This document shows, in pieces, positions 1 through 12,199 of a stretch of 64,000 nucleotides of DNA. The notes under the pieces are model-generated. The model had not been told where the DNA came from and did not search any database. It worked only from the letters and a program-made list of their open reading frames with translations. How positions within the stretch are numbered: the stretch's first letter is position 1; every line of letters starts with the position of its first letter. The position numbers were made by a program, and so were the translations under genes. The stretch is taken from NCBI GenBank assembly GCA_965285935.1, contig OZ260661.1, positions 34,472,001-34,536,000 of the forward strand, read 5' to 3'. The DNA comes from Ophelia neglecta (lineage: Eukaryota).

Positions 1-68
1 CAGGTCCTTCCTTTTTCTGAGTCTATTTCTGTCTACTAACATTAATCAGTAACTCCCTCTGACAGCAC

Positions 69-171
69 TATATAAGCCAGCGTGAGTAAAAAAACCGAAC
101 CTTGGCCTTACGTTGGTTCACGGACTCGAGTGCACACATATGAACTATTGGATGAGAGAGCCATCTTGTTT
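69..171 (+). promoter_or_regulatory. TATA box and probable non-coding first exon of secreted-peptide gene A
   Basis: TATATAAG at 69-76; splice donor ttt|GTGAGT at 171/172; next acceptor ctttccag ends at 323, directly before the ATG at 324. Confidence 0.5.
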
Positions 172-323
172 GTGAGTCATCCGCCTTCAACATCCGGCGG
201 GTGATTCATGTCTTGATGACCATAGTGATCCCTTTGACTAGTACATTTACATGTACTTTGCTCCTGCCCAGGATCGTGTTAGGACCAAAGGCACATCTCT
301 CATATCAATCATACACTTTCCAG

Positions 324-1675
324 ATGGAATCTCTAGAACTGATGTTTGTCTGTGCGCTTTTGATAATTGTCAACTCGAATGGTAAGGGTCACTATTATAT
401 TCATAATATGGAGGACATAGCCAGCGGCCAAACATTTGGTATCATGTCACTTTTTTTTTATTAACCTCGCCGTATTTGATTAAACGTTTAGGTTTTATAC
501 GAGAAAGTGCATCTATGCAGGGCACGTTGTACATTTTGACGCAGTATCTGCAACCTATGGTCACAGTGCCATGCCAGTGTATACGTGGAGTTTCTAGTTG
601 AATGGTTTTTACCGCTTCACCCATTATGGCTGATTAAATTACTAATAAGTGATATTATTGTGCTAACTCATACTAAATTACTGATATCAGTGAACCTTTA
701 AAAGGCCATATATACAATCAGAAAGAACTCTGATGGTCTACCCCAGGTAACCTGCTAGCTTGAGAAAGTAGTAATATTATACTGAAAATATGTATTGTCA
801 ACACTATGTTTTCTTATAAAAACCTTTAAAAGCAGTAGTGATAACAGTGCGGCGGGGGGATGTGAAATGGACACATAATTCATCGATCGTAGTTAAAATG
901 ATATTATATATTCAATCATATTTACACAGCTTGGTTATTGACTGAAAAACGCCAGCATCAGCTTTCAATGCCACGTGCGTCCAGAGTATATGAAAAATCA
1001 AGTCATCATAATGTCGTTCGTCCCAGTGGATTATCAGAGAAAATACTAGAAGACAGCACAGTGGAGAACCTGGACATTAACATACTGGGGAAGGATCATG
1101 CCTTTACCCAGATATATACAAGCACGGAAACGGGCACCACCGTCCAATCTGTTGGCAAGTTTGTGCTAGCCTTTTAAGCTATTGCAAAATATGAGGCTTT
1201 GCATGGAATCTCTTATGATCGCATATGCTTTTGATAGACTGTCTATTAGAAAAACACTTTCTGTTTCCATGCTAGTTGCTATTGCACCGTCAGCAAAAAC
1301 GTTCTATTTATATTGGCAGCAGAGCTTTAGACTATTGTAGTTGATGGTTAATGATATTAATGAATTAATGAGAAAGACAATAAACGATGTACTCGCCGTC
1401 ATCCAATAAAAAAGACTTGTGACAAACAAAATCAATTTAGTGAAAGCAATAATAAGTATCTTTATAATTGCAGAAATTTCAAGTACGCCGAAACTGCCTA
1501 ACAAGGAACGTGTTCAGAAAAAAATTCCTGTCAATGGAGGTGGAGGAAGGGCGAGAAGATACAGGTATGTTTCTTGTTATTAGTTTTGGAATTAACAAAG
1601 CAAATGACAAAACTTAACCTGTTCACATTGCCTATTTGTGTTATTTTAATGGTTAATTTTCTTACTTCCAGCTGA
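324..1675 (+). CDS. Spliced gene A: small secreted protein of about 125 aa, join(324..381,930..1154,1474..1564,1672..1675)
   Basis: Exon 324-381 (cag|ATG...G|gtaagg) encodes MESLELMFVCALLIIVNSN(A), a signal-peptide-like stretch. Exon 930-1154 (tttacacag|...G|gcaagt, GC donor) is 225 nt, phase 1-1 and open: AWLLTEKRQHQ...TTVQSV. Exon 1474-1564 (ttgcag|...AG|gtatgt) gives EISSTPK...GGGGRARRY. Last acceptor cttacttccag|C TGA. AATAAA near 2074. The last two exons are less certain. Confidence 0.6.
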
Positions 1676-2924
1676 ATTTAGCAACGCATAGCAGCAATTT
1701 TGAACAGCCAGCACCGAAGATGTTATTCCATCAAAAGCAAGTCCAATTCATTCATTGTTTTATGAGAAGGAAACGAAAATGCAAATAACGAATCTTCCTG
1801 CACACATAACTAAGAGGAAGAACCTCTAAAAGGGTGAGAAACCTGATAGTCAATGGACACAATGTACATCAGAATGATTTGTAAACTAATACTAAAAAAC
1901 TTTATTAAATATGTCTTAATCACCACGGGTATGCACACAATGCAAGAAGAAGTCTTGTTTAGACACTTCGATACAATTCGGCAGTCGAAATAACTTTATT
2001 TGCTTCTTAGAATATGCAAAAATAATTAATAACTATTATAAATGTCATAGAAAAGTGATGAACCACATTCCATAATAAAATTAATACCAATATTTATTAA
2101 AACATGTGTTGTTTTCTTCCATGCTGCGCAAATATACTTGCAGTCAACGAGCAATTAGAATAATGAGAAACTAGGCTATAATGTCTCGGACTGCACTTAC
2201 ATTCCCTCAGTATATTTCATAAGTTTTGTTTCTCAGCTTTTGAAACGGGTATTGAAAGTAATGGACTTTATATAAAGTATGGAGAAGTCAATCAGGTGTA
2301 CTGTCTGTCATTCAATATATTAATAATAGACGATGTTTGTAATGTAGTTCACTTGTATAAGTCATGTATTTTGTTTGTATCTTTAAAAATAGGCCAAAAA
2401 TGGTTCATATATTTTTACCTGACGAACGTCGAATCTTATTCATTAGCCTATGCACACAAATGCAACGACTCAGTAAAGTTGCTCAGCTTAATTTAAGTTT
2501 ATTGATAACGCATTGTTAGACAAGCTTTGCATACTGAATGGTTTCGAGTGCTGAGACTGTGAAGTATCTACTTCCCAATTAAGTATGTGTGTACCGGACT
2601 AGTAATACTTGCATGAAAATAGTGATTTATTACGAAAGTCTTAGCACTCTACATTAATTCGTGTCAACTAGGTTTTATCGTCATAAAGTCGCAATTGGTC
2701 AATAATTAGGATATATCCAATTAACTTATTGTCTAGATGTCTGACAAAAAAAGCGTTAATAAACAACGTAAGTTATATATGTATATTATATCTATTGTGA
2801 ATAATGTTCTAAAATGTCTGTATATCGCCCTACGTACATGTGCAGAATAAACTTGTTTTTAACTTTCATTTCTAATGATTTGTCTGTACTATGTAAGGGT
2901 GTGTGTGGGGTGTGTGTGGGGTGT

Positions 2925-3612
2925 GTGTGTGCATTGATATAGGTAATACATTCATTCATAATCCAAATGCAGATACGTGTACAAAACGATAGTAACAAAC
3001 ATATCTTCCCCTTTAAAGCATACACTGGGTAGTTGTGGGTTACAGATGTGTGCTGATATTCATGCTTGCTCCGTTGATATAAATTTAAAGAGCACCTATA
3101 ATTTTTTCTGCCAATTTAGCCACCTAGCTCACTAGAGAATGTCCTCGTACCTGCGTTAATATTAAAAATTGCTAGGTGGTTTCCTGCCCTTGAATGCTGA
3201 GTTGTTGGTTATGCCACCTTCAGTTTGTGGAAATTTGCTGTAGGTTTAAGAACTATTTCTGGCATTTAAAGGCAATATAGCCTGACACCCAGCTAGATGT
3301 TGTAAGAATTAATTGTTGTATGTTTAAGGTCTATTTCTTATCCAAGATTATTGCTGTTAGTTTGATATCTATCTCTTACATATAATTGCCATGTTGCCTG
3401 ACGAGCCCTGGATACCTACACATAGTATAAGCATATTGATATTGATGCAAGGCCCCTTTCCGCCCATTAATTGCAAAGTACCTAACCAGACCAGTCATAC
3501 TTGATGTATGCTCATTGATGTTGGTTTAAGACCTATCACAATTATTTGCTATGTAGTCTGAAGGCCTAGCCACACTTGATTCATGTTTGTTGTCTTAGTT
3601 TAAGGCCTGCTG
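2925..3612. repeat. Inverted paralog of about 19565-20510, lacking the MITE at 19696-19939
   Basis: Reverse complement aligns along its length; both copies yield the same short ORF MYAL(K/R)GKIC.LLSFCTRICI.IMNECITYINAHT on opposite strands. Confidence 0.9.
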
Positions 3613-3989
3613 TTAAATGCAAGGTTGACTAGAAGCCTTGAACAAAGCAACTGACCTGCTAGTCCTTGCTGTACGATTGAACAATTTTAAACTTGCGTCT
3701 TAGCCGGCAATCTAATTCTGCGTTTTTATAAGGCCTAAGGTGTAATCGGCAGAGCGGCTGCACTGAATTCTCGGGATGCCGTGCATCTGCCCTTATATGG
3801 CCACGAATCCCCCCCCCCCCCAAACCTCTGATAGCCAGCAGCCGGGTTTTGTGTGCCCTGCATACAGCGAGGCTGTTAATGACACATAAGCATTAGGGCA
3901 GATCCGCTGCACTAGTGCGCATGTGCGTTGCAATGGGTGCTGGAGTAAAAATATGGCGTCCGCTGGATGTAGCAGACAGTAAATTAAAC

Positions 3990-4320
3990 ACATATTATTT
4001 TCAGAATTCTGTTTCTTTATATCGGGTCAATGTACTTATTTATATATGTGCAAAAAATTGAAACCATAAATATTTCACGTGCCCACTGTTTGGATTCTAA
4101 GGAATCCCCCCCCCCCCCCCCCCCCCCCCGGGGACAGGATTTGCATCCATATTGCGTATGTGCCACCAGAATGGGTCGTTTTTAGAAAATGGGTCTATTC
4201 AAAGTTCATAAATAAGGGTCTGTCTTTCTGAGAAAGTCCATTGATAACGTTACCCTTTCCTGAAATGTCTTGATATCTGGACATTTTGGCCACTTCCAGG
4301 CAACGGAAAATAACCAAAAA
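3990..4320. repeat. Diverged inverted paralog of about 11180-11560, including a probable non-autonomous DNA transposon fragment
   Basis: gcatccatattgcgtatgtgccaccagaatgggtcgttttt...agggtctgt matches the reverse complement of acagaccctt...aaaacgacccatttttgtggcacatacccagtatggatgc; gtgcaaaaaattgaaaccataaa matches tttatggtttcaactttttgcac. Confidence 0.7.
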
Positions 4321-4405
4321 ATAACCAGTCAGTCAGAAATATTTTTGTTAGTTGTGGACCCTGGCGATAACAGAATCCAAAACATATACTTTACCTCCAG
4401 TAAAA

Positions 4406-4490
4406 ATGGCGACATTGCCTCTTCTATTCATATTTATCTTAATTTCTCTTGCCCAGAACCAGCTGGTACAAGCGGAAACAAACCCAGTTA
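4406..4490 (+). other. Orphan signal-peptide-like exon
   Basis: Acceptor catatactttacctccag, then taaaaATG GCG; reads MATLPLLFIFILISLAQNQLVQA|ETNP (hydrophobic core, VQA cleavage motif). No canonical donor or downstream exon found. Confidence 0.35.
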
Positions 4491-5965
4491 AAAACCTGAC
4501 AATAGGCCTACACAGGTTAACATATAATATCAAATCCAGGCTCATTTTACGTTTTTCATTTATATGCACACGTGTTACTGTAAGACGGCGTCACCACTCC
4601 CCCAATAGCGGAGAAATACAATACCGTGCAAAGCATCTGTCCATAGGCCTATAGAATAATTTAGCCAACATGATTTTTGAGGGGATTTGACCTAAAAATA
4701 TACAAAAACTTCATCAATTTTCAGTGACTCCCCCCTTCCCCCCCCCCCGAGGTTTGGTGTTATTGACCCCCCACCCCCACCCCAAGAAAAAAAAATCTCG
4801 AATTACCTGAAAACTTTTTGAAAAATGATCCACCACGCGTTAACTCGGGGTGCCGTGATTTGCGGGGCATGCATGCCGTGGGTTGTGATAATCACGAAGG
4901 GCCCCATCAAAATCAAATCAAATCTTAACATAAATGGTTGCAAAAGTTAATCGTTCTTTTCTATACAACCTGCGCCAGTAGTTCAAGCGTTTGACACACT
5001 GTATCGCCACCATATATGTTCAGACAGGGAGGAATCGGCAAGCGCTGGAGAAAGCTTTTGCTGTTTGCGCATGCGCAGAACAGAACTGTTTATAGGGACC
5101 GACTGGGCACCTTAAGAGGACCGTTGCAAACATTTCCACCTTAAGCAAAACCAAAAGGCCTTACTGCTTATAATAACGATATGGCGGCATTTCTCAAAAC
5201 CAAGAAAAAACGACGTTTTGCCCATAAGACCTGACTTCTTGTACCTGCAACCGGCAGAAACTATACACATGTTTTGGTGAATGTCATAAACAAGCTGTAA
5301 TATTTTGAAAGCAATCGGGCTAGAGTCTACCCTTCGCAGCAGAGGCTAATGCTTATCGCATAGCTTCTCCGCACTACAGGCGGAGAGAACGGAGGTGTGT
5401 ACTCTGCTACGAAGGGAAGCTAGAGTCGCGGCCTGTAGTGGGGAAAAAAACTGATAACATACTGACCAACATCGTGAGGTTTGTCTCCACAAACTCTTAC
5501 AACCGACGCTGGGGATGGGGCGCGGATAATAACAGCATATAATAGTGCACAGCATTTGCAGTTTTGGATACTAAGTGATTTTGCATTTGTGGCATGTAAA
5601 TGGATTGTAATCCTTGTAATCAAGAATGAAAACTACATATACCGAAAGCTCTTTTATACATTTATTATCCTTGGATTTTTACGGTTTCTTTTACAGCAAA
5701 AACGAAAAGACTTATTATTTTAATTCCAAGCGTTAAATCAATATGTTTGGTTGTACTGAATGTGGCCACAGCAACCCCATGCAGACTTCTGTTCATTCAG
5801 GACTTAAGGATGGAAATTAAGCTGCTGGTTAGTATAGTGTAGTAGTATGAAACATCTCGGACTGGCCTTGTTGTGTCAACCAACTGCTGCCTCCCCTAAC
5901 AACTAATGAATGGACGTCCACCGCAAAGTTAGTGATATGTAATTCAAGTAGAAACATGTAGCTCT

Positions 5966-7054
5966 TTAATTTACTGTTGTTACTGTTCTGTTGTTATCTT
6001 GAAATAATAGGTAATACCTCTGGGCCCAAATAAAATCTGTATCATTTCCATACATTAGATGTTGAAGTGCTGTAAGTTTTTTCCATGTTTCATGTAGATA
6101 GGGGTATTCCAATAAATGTGCATCTGTTTTGCCTCGTAGCGTGCTTGTATCCCAACTTATACGATCAATTCGGTCACCAGTTTGCCGCTTCGTATATTGT
6201 ACCACGTCAGGTCCTTCAGTTTTATTTGTAAAATCTGAAATCAGCACAGTGACTAAAGTCTGATCAAGGAACCAGCCTTTGTTTTTGCCTTTCTTAACAA
6301 TCTCGTATACAAATTCTCCAAACTCCACGAAGAGATATTCCATAATGTCAGAGGGGCTGACGGGCATTCTGCCGTTACGCTTGGTTAGTTCCGACCAAGT
6401 GTCCACCGTCATTCCTATATTAGACATTGGCAACATTTTGAAGGTTTGATTGTTGTGCTCAAATGTCCCACAGCATTCAGAATTAAGAGAAAGTATTTTT
6501 TTCCCTTCAGGGCGGAAGTATAGCATACTATTTAGCGGCCAAAGATCAGCATCGGAAGTAAGGAGGTAGACGTCTCCGATGTTCTTGAAAGCCACAGATA
6601 AGATGTTGGCAACAAATATCCTGGAAACTTGACTCATCATAATCCGATGCTGATCTTCCACATTGAGAAACAGAATAGTAGCATTTTGTTCCACCAGACT
6701 TGCGAGAATATGACAGGAGACCGGGTTTAAAGTCCACGACTTAAATGTCCCAATGAGCACCACTACACTCTTGAAACCGACACGATTCCATGCCTGTGCT
6801 GTTAATGGAATGTAAAATGCATACTCGTAGTCTTTCGTTGCCGAATAAACGGCATATTTATCGGATTGGTTCAAGTGACCAAAAATTTCGATGCCATTAT
6901 GCAAATCTTTCACATTTGTTTCTAATATTTCACACCGTTTTTTCATGGTTGAAAGATTATTTCTATATCCCGGCCAAGCGACCACATATATTGTTATTAG
7001 TAACGCAACGAAAACTGTCACTAGCACCAGTTTTTTTATTTCTTTCTTAGTCAT
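5966..7054 (-). CDS. Uncharacterised 362-aa type II membrane protein, putative GT-A fold glycosyltransferase
   Basis: Intact ORF; basic N-terminus plus one TM helix (KKLVLVTVFVALLITIYVVAW), coiled stem, DxD motif after a hydrophobic strand (YLLTSDADLWP), later WFLDQ, RIDR and DAHL motifs. Splice acceptor (tctttcgtttcag) at 7128-7140 implies an upstream non-coding exon. Confidence 0.8.
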   Translation of the reverse strand: MTKKEIKKLVLVTVFVALLITIYVVAWPGYRNNLSTMKKRCEILETNVKDLHNGIEIFGHLNQSDKYAVYSATKDYEYAFYIPLTAQAWNRVGFKSVVVLIGTFKSWTLNPVSCHILASLVEQNATILFLNVEDQHRIMMSQVSRIFVANILSVAFKNIGDVYLLTSDADLWPLNSMLYFRPEGKKILSLNSECCGTFEHNNQTFKMLPMSNIGMTVDTWSELTKRNGRMPVSPSDIMEYLFVEFGEFVYEIVKKGKNKGWFLDQTLVTVLISDFTNKTEGPDVVQYTKRQTGDRIDRISWDTSTLRGKTDAHLLEYPYLHETWKKLTALQHLMYGNDTDFIWAQRYYLLFQDNNRTVTTVN

Positions 7055-7440
7055 GCTTAATGAATCTGGACAGCATTTTGGATCCTGGCGAAATCTACTC
7101 CAGTAAAGCGATGGCCATGTTTTACATCTGAAACGAAAGAATACCGTACATATAAGAGGGTATGGAGAACACTGGCCGTTATAACACGTGGTAGGCTAGA
7201 TTCCCGCCTTTTTTAGTTATGAAATGCCGCTATCAACGTTTACATCCTAATTAACCAATTAATTAACCGTTTAACCAATAGCTCCATTTACCATAGGACG
7301 AATCTACATTATATATAGATTTTACTCTGTTTCAAATTTATTATAACGTGTTTTAGCAAACGAGTGTCAGCCTAAATGCATATATGACATAATGATACTA
7401 GAAGGAATAAAGTTCCAAAGAACCCACAAAGGATATATAA

Positions 7441-7627
7441 ATATAATGGAGGCAATGTTTTTAAATTAAACATGGATGCCTAGTGCAAAATTAACACAGC
7501 CATTTAAAAGTGTACTATCAGTGTTATATATATATATATATATAATGGAGGCAATATTCTTAAATTAAGATTGGATTCCTAGTACAAAACTAACACAGCC
7601 ATTTAGAAGTGTACTATCAGTGTTATA
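7441..7627. repeat. Tandem duplication of an ~87-bp unit separated by (TA)n
   Basis: atataatggaggcaat...gtgtactatcagtgttata at 7441-7527 and about 7540-7627. Confidence 0.85.
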
Positions 7628-7951
7628 GTTTACTTTATGATATTATGTAGCAGTAGACAAACTTTTGCCTAAGATTTCTATACTACATAATATAATATAC
7701 AATTACATCACATGTGATCCGAAATAAAATGTGGTTTTGGCTATTCCAGTTAAGCTGTTTTCCCTCTCTCAATGAAGCAAAATCTTGCTACTGATTTAAT
7801 CCACACAAACACAGTATACTTAGGTACTTGGAACGTTAGGTTTGATCATAGGTGCCGGGGTATCGTCACATGCAAACACGTACATCAAATCACAAATTGT
7901 TAGTAAACTGTCTTTCTTCAAATGAAAAACAGGCACATGCAATTAAGCATA

Positions 7952-8583
7952 TTACAGTTTTGAAACATCCCCATATATGTCAAGATGGACTGGGATAGGA
8001 GAAAAATTCTTCATACTTCTTTCGCCATGTGCTTATAAGATTTCTATCATAATTATGGCTGTTGGTACCACTATAGTGTAAGCCTTTTTCCCTCCAGTTA
8101 GCAGCAAACCACTTACCAGCATAATGGGCAAAATTATTGTAAACCCAATAATATTATGTAAAGAGGAATAATAGTGATGCCATTGTTCCCAATGTGAGGC
8201 CTGGATGCCCTTTCTCTCAAATGATTTATACTAGTTCGTTGTAATGCTGTTTTTGACATAAGGTTTGACATTTGCGTCCCACCTATTCCTCGCCTACCAT
8301 TCTTGGAAGTATCGTCAATTCTGACCGTTTGGACTAAATCCCCATGTCTTCATAAAAAGGCAAGTAAAAAGTAGTATCGTTTGTACGCCCGCGCAATGTT
8401 TGTCGTTTGCCATTTTTGTTACCAAACGATATTAGGTTTTGACCTTGAATTGCATATCCCGTGACACGGAAGTCGTTATCGTAGCGTTCGTGAGCCAGCT
8501 TCAGCCATTTGTATGAAAATGGCGAAACATCAACATCGTCTTCCAATATCAACCCGATTTCCTTCGAGTTGTTTTGTGGCCGC
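7952..8583 (-). pseudogene. 5'-truncated pseudogene of the 23999-25180 glycosyltransferase-like gene
   Basis: Reverse complement matches 24550-25180 (RPQNNSKEIGLILEDD...GDVSKL*). Lesions: +1 T frameshift (cctttttatg vs ccttttatg) and in-frame stops replacing W (aattga), Y (tggtag) and W (aactag). The 3' flank 7545-7951 matches 25181-25590. Confidence 0.95.
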
Positions 8584-9130
8584 ATTACTAATGTCAGTAT
8601 CAAATGTGGCTTTCTTTTGCATTAAAAGAATGACACACAATATATACAAGTTTTTCATCGCATCTCAGAATATTATTTGTTTCTTTCAACCGTTTTGTCT
8701 GGAAAAACAAACTTGAATATGTAATGCTAGTAAACTGCAAAGGATACCTTCAAGCATGCAATTTTAATATACCTTGTACACTCAAACGTGCCAAGTATTG
8801 CTTCTTCTTAGTGTAGCGGGAATATGGGCCTTATTCTTGTTGCTGTATTCAGTATCCTCTATAGGCCGAAGAAGGGCTGACCTCAGACATCCTTCAATGC
8901 GTAGCAACGACCTGAATACGCGCTTCAGCGGGTATGAACAGATTCTTAAAGATGGCGGTGATTATAGTTTCGTGTACAGCAACTTTCTTTGCTGGCGAAG
9001 AAAAACTGATTAAGAAAGGGGAAAATGCTTATGCGTACAAGTGCAAGCGATTAGAAAGATTTACCTATGATGGTTCAAAACGTTTTGCGTATGCTACAAT
9101 TTGATTTGCTATCCATAACAACTATTTTGT
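8584..9130. repeat. Inverted paralog of about 20550-21180, fused directly to the pseudogene
   Basis: e.g. gaagggctgacctcagacatccttcaatgcgtagcaacg near 8872 is the reverse complement of cgttgctacgcattgaaggatgtctgaggtcagcccttc near 20768. Confidence 0.9.
8952..9130 (+). pseudogene. Decayed N-terminal coding fragment resembling transposon SWIM/YqaJ accessory proteins
   Basis: aagATGGCG start; MAVIIVSCTATFFAGEEKLIKKGENAYAYKCKRLERFTYDGS. The FFxxExKLIKKGENAxxS pattern is recalled from N-termini of such proteins (not searched). Confidence 0.45.
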
Positions 9131-9628
9131 GGTCGGATGGGTATTGGCGTGTAAAACATGGCATTTGTGTCAGTTGGTGTGTGTATGGGGGCTTGTAAAA
9201 CATGGCATGATGGCTACTTTTGCACGCATCAATGCATTGTGAGGTATTTTTTTGCATTGTGGGGTATATTTTTTGCATTGTGAAGTAGTACCTCACAATG
9301 CAAAAAAAAGTCACAATGCATCTTCTTCTCATTGCATTAGTTCTTAATTTTTGTGAGCTGTGAATAGATTAATTTCTGATTTCTCTATTGCCAGCCAAAA
9401 GTAATCATGGTCACCACACACGCACTACCACCTCTATGAAAATTCCTCAGATTGTGATGCGAACAGGGTATAGTAGTGTTGCACGATGGACGGTTTTGGA
9501 CTGATCCACTGGGATATTGATGTCCTGGCTCAAAGCTAAGAACTTGCTCAAAGCCGTTGCACGAAAATTACTATTAGGTGGACCCAAAACATGAAGTCAT
9601 CGAGGATATGTGACATCCAGCAGCAGAC

Positions 9629-11152
9629 TCAAATGATTTACTAGTTCCTAGTTCCCAGTTAGAATTAGGAAATGAAAGTCAAGCCATTTCCTTATTCCAG
9701 TTCCTAGCTCTTCATTCGGAAAAAAACTAACCAACCGAATTCTAAGCACACAATAGCACTATTTATGACCCCTAGTGATCATTTCTGGCTAAAAAGAATC
9801 AAAATACGGCGATTTGTGGCCCTTTTTCGCCCATTGAAAATCAAAATCGAATAAGGAAATAGCCAATCTACGCAATCCACCCAAAACCTAAGGCCACCAT
9901 TCAATTGTCCATGGCCCCGAAAACAAATTGCCGGCCCAAAAATGACAAAATTCGGCCATTTTGGACCTATTTCGACCAGTGAAAAGCAAAATCGAATAAG
10001 GAAATAGCCTCCCAACTGACGATTTATTTCGCTTCACCATTTTTGCATAAATTTTTAAATATATTCTACTGGATATTGAACCAAATATTTGTAGTTCAAG
10101 TTCCTAGTTTCTCATTTAGAATAAGCTCACTAATGTAAAAGTTAGGTATAATTTATTCGTGCATAACCTAATCGAGTGTGTAAAATTAGTATTGGCAATG
10201 ATTATGCCTCTACTTTGCTCAAAATATATATTGTACAATAGAAGCAACCAAAGGTACAATTGGAATTCAGTATCCATACCCTTTCTTTTTTATTCGACAT
10301 CACATACTCTTGGACAAAATGTTCATGGTCGATAGTTCAAGACAATTGCGTCATGCACATTTATTGTCAGCTGAATTGTGAACTCCAGTCTGCACACCCG
10401 GGAAATGAAATGTAGGCACATCAATTTTTTTACAATCATATACATCCGTTTTATTTGACCATTTAATACCTGTAATGTGCCTATTACCTTACACATTCCG
10501 ATATGCATCTTAACTTCCTATAATTACTCCACCGTACTGAACTTACTTTAGAACTCCATCGTTGTATCCTAACATTTTTCAGATTGAAATATTATTATTT
10601 TGCATCATTCACGAAGAAAGAATTATTGAAAGAATTATTAAAAAGTAGGTCCTTATGTTCCTCAAACAAATACCATGAGAAGAAAATTTGTGAAATATAA
10701 GCACATTGCAAACAATTGGAACAGAAGTGAAATTATTTTGTGACAGAAATTAAAAATGCATCATGCAATACTTAAAAAAATGAAAGTAGTATGGGAGGCT
10801 GTTTTCTTTAATGCAAAGTTACTATTCGCGCTCCCAGGATCATTTCTAAATGGCCAATTTTGCATGATTTTTCCCGCAAATGTTATACCCCTCCAACCTT
10901 TTGGCCTTCCCGGCGGCGCCCAGTAGGCTATCCCGGCTATTCCGCTCAATTTTCAATGGGCGAAAATGGGCCAAAAATCGCCGGATTTTGATTTTTTTTG
11001 CCAGAAATGATCACTAGGGGTCATAATATTGTGTGCTTGGATTTCGGTTGGTAGGTTTATTACGAATAAGGAACTAGGAATTGGAATTAGGAAATGGCCC
11101 GAGTTTCATTTCCTAAATCGAACTGGGAACTAGGAACTAGTAAATCATTTGA
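9629..11152. mobile_element. Non-autonomous ~1.5-kb DNA transposon with long (~210 bp) terminal inverted repeats
   Basis: tcaaatgatttactagttcctagttcccagtt...ttatgacccctagtgatcatttctggc...cgcccattgaaaat (9629-9841) is the inverted match of attttcaatgggcg...gccagaaatgatcactaggggtcataa...aactgggaactaggaactagtaaatcatttga (10949-11152). No clear TSD. Confidence 0.8.
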
Positions 11153-11961
11153 TGTCTTACTTACTGCATTAAAAGAAACTTTTGGCAGTTTCCGTGGCCT
11201 GGAAATGACTAAAATATCCAGGTATCATCACACTTTAGGAAAGGGGATCTTGACCAATTGACTTTCTCTGAAAAACAGACCCTTATCTATAGGGAAAAAA
11301 CGACCCATTTTTGTGGCACATACCCAGTATGGATGCCAATGCAGTGCCCTGGGAAGAAGAATGCAAAATTGGACAGTTGAATTTTTTATGGTTTCAACTT
11401 TTTGCACCTACTAGTATATAAGTCGATTGCGCCGATGTTTTGTGAAAAAAAGCATTTGCGGCAGCGTGTTTAATATAGGTCATTTTACTTTAAGCACACT
11501 GAGGTCTACTCTTGTTACCTTTTTATACACTTAGGACTAAACCTTCTGAAATAATATGTGATCACTTTACTGGGTGAGACACTTAAGGGTCGCACTTAAT
11601 GTGTGACCTCTGAATGTAAAAGTCAGTATGTTTCAAAAACCCACTATATTTTTGTGGGGCAATTTTATTTGTTCAAATCAAACCCAATCAGTCGCGCTGA
11701 TTTCCAAGGAAATACAACAGAAATGTGCTTTTGTTTTGTAAAATCTACATAGTTTTCAGGTTGAAGATTAGTGGATTGGTCTCTCAGGAGAAGAGTTGTC
11801 CTTTCTACACATCTTTTCGTTAAAGGACGCCATATGGCCATCATAGCCACAGCGGCCCTTCCTTCTCGCGAAACCTAAACAATGAAAATATGTAAGGTTT
11901 CAGCTAACGCACATTTATCGGCAGTCATACTACTCCCATGTCTTGTCGTGCAAACAGATAA

Positions 11962-12185
11962 GGGCTGTTCCAGAAATTGTCCTCAGGGGGGGTGGGGGGG
12001 TGGGAGGCAACTTTTTTTCAGACCCCCCCTCCCCCGGACAGACCTTTTCCAAAGTTCCCCCATCCCCCGGACGTATGTTTTTGTTAACACCCCCACCTCC
12101 CGGACAAGCCTTCTCCAAAGACCCCCCCCCCCCTATCCCGGACACCGTTTTACAAAAAGTGCCCCCCCCCGGACAAAAAAATGTT
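11962..12185. mobile_element. Truncated PIF/Harbinger-like MITE with C-rich internal repeats
   Basis: Begins taa|gggctgttccagaaattgtcct; about five ccccggac-type repeats; no matching right end found. Confidence 0.5.
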
Positions 12186-12199
12186 AAAATTTTTGATTA

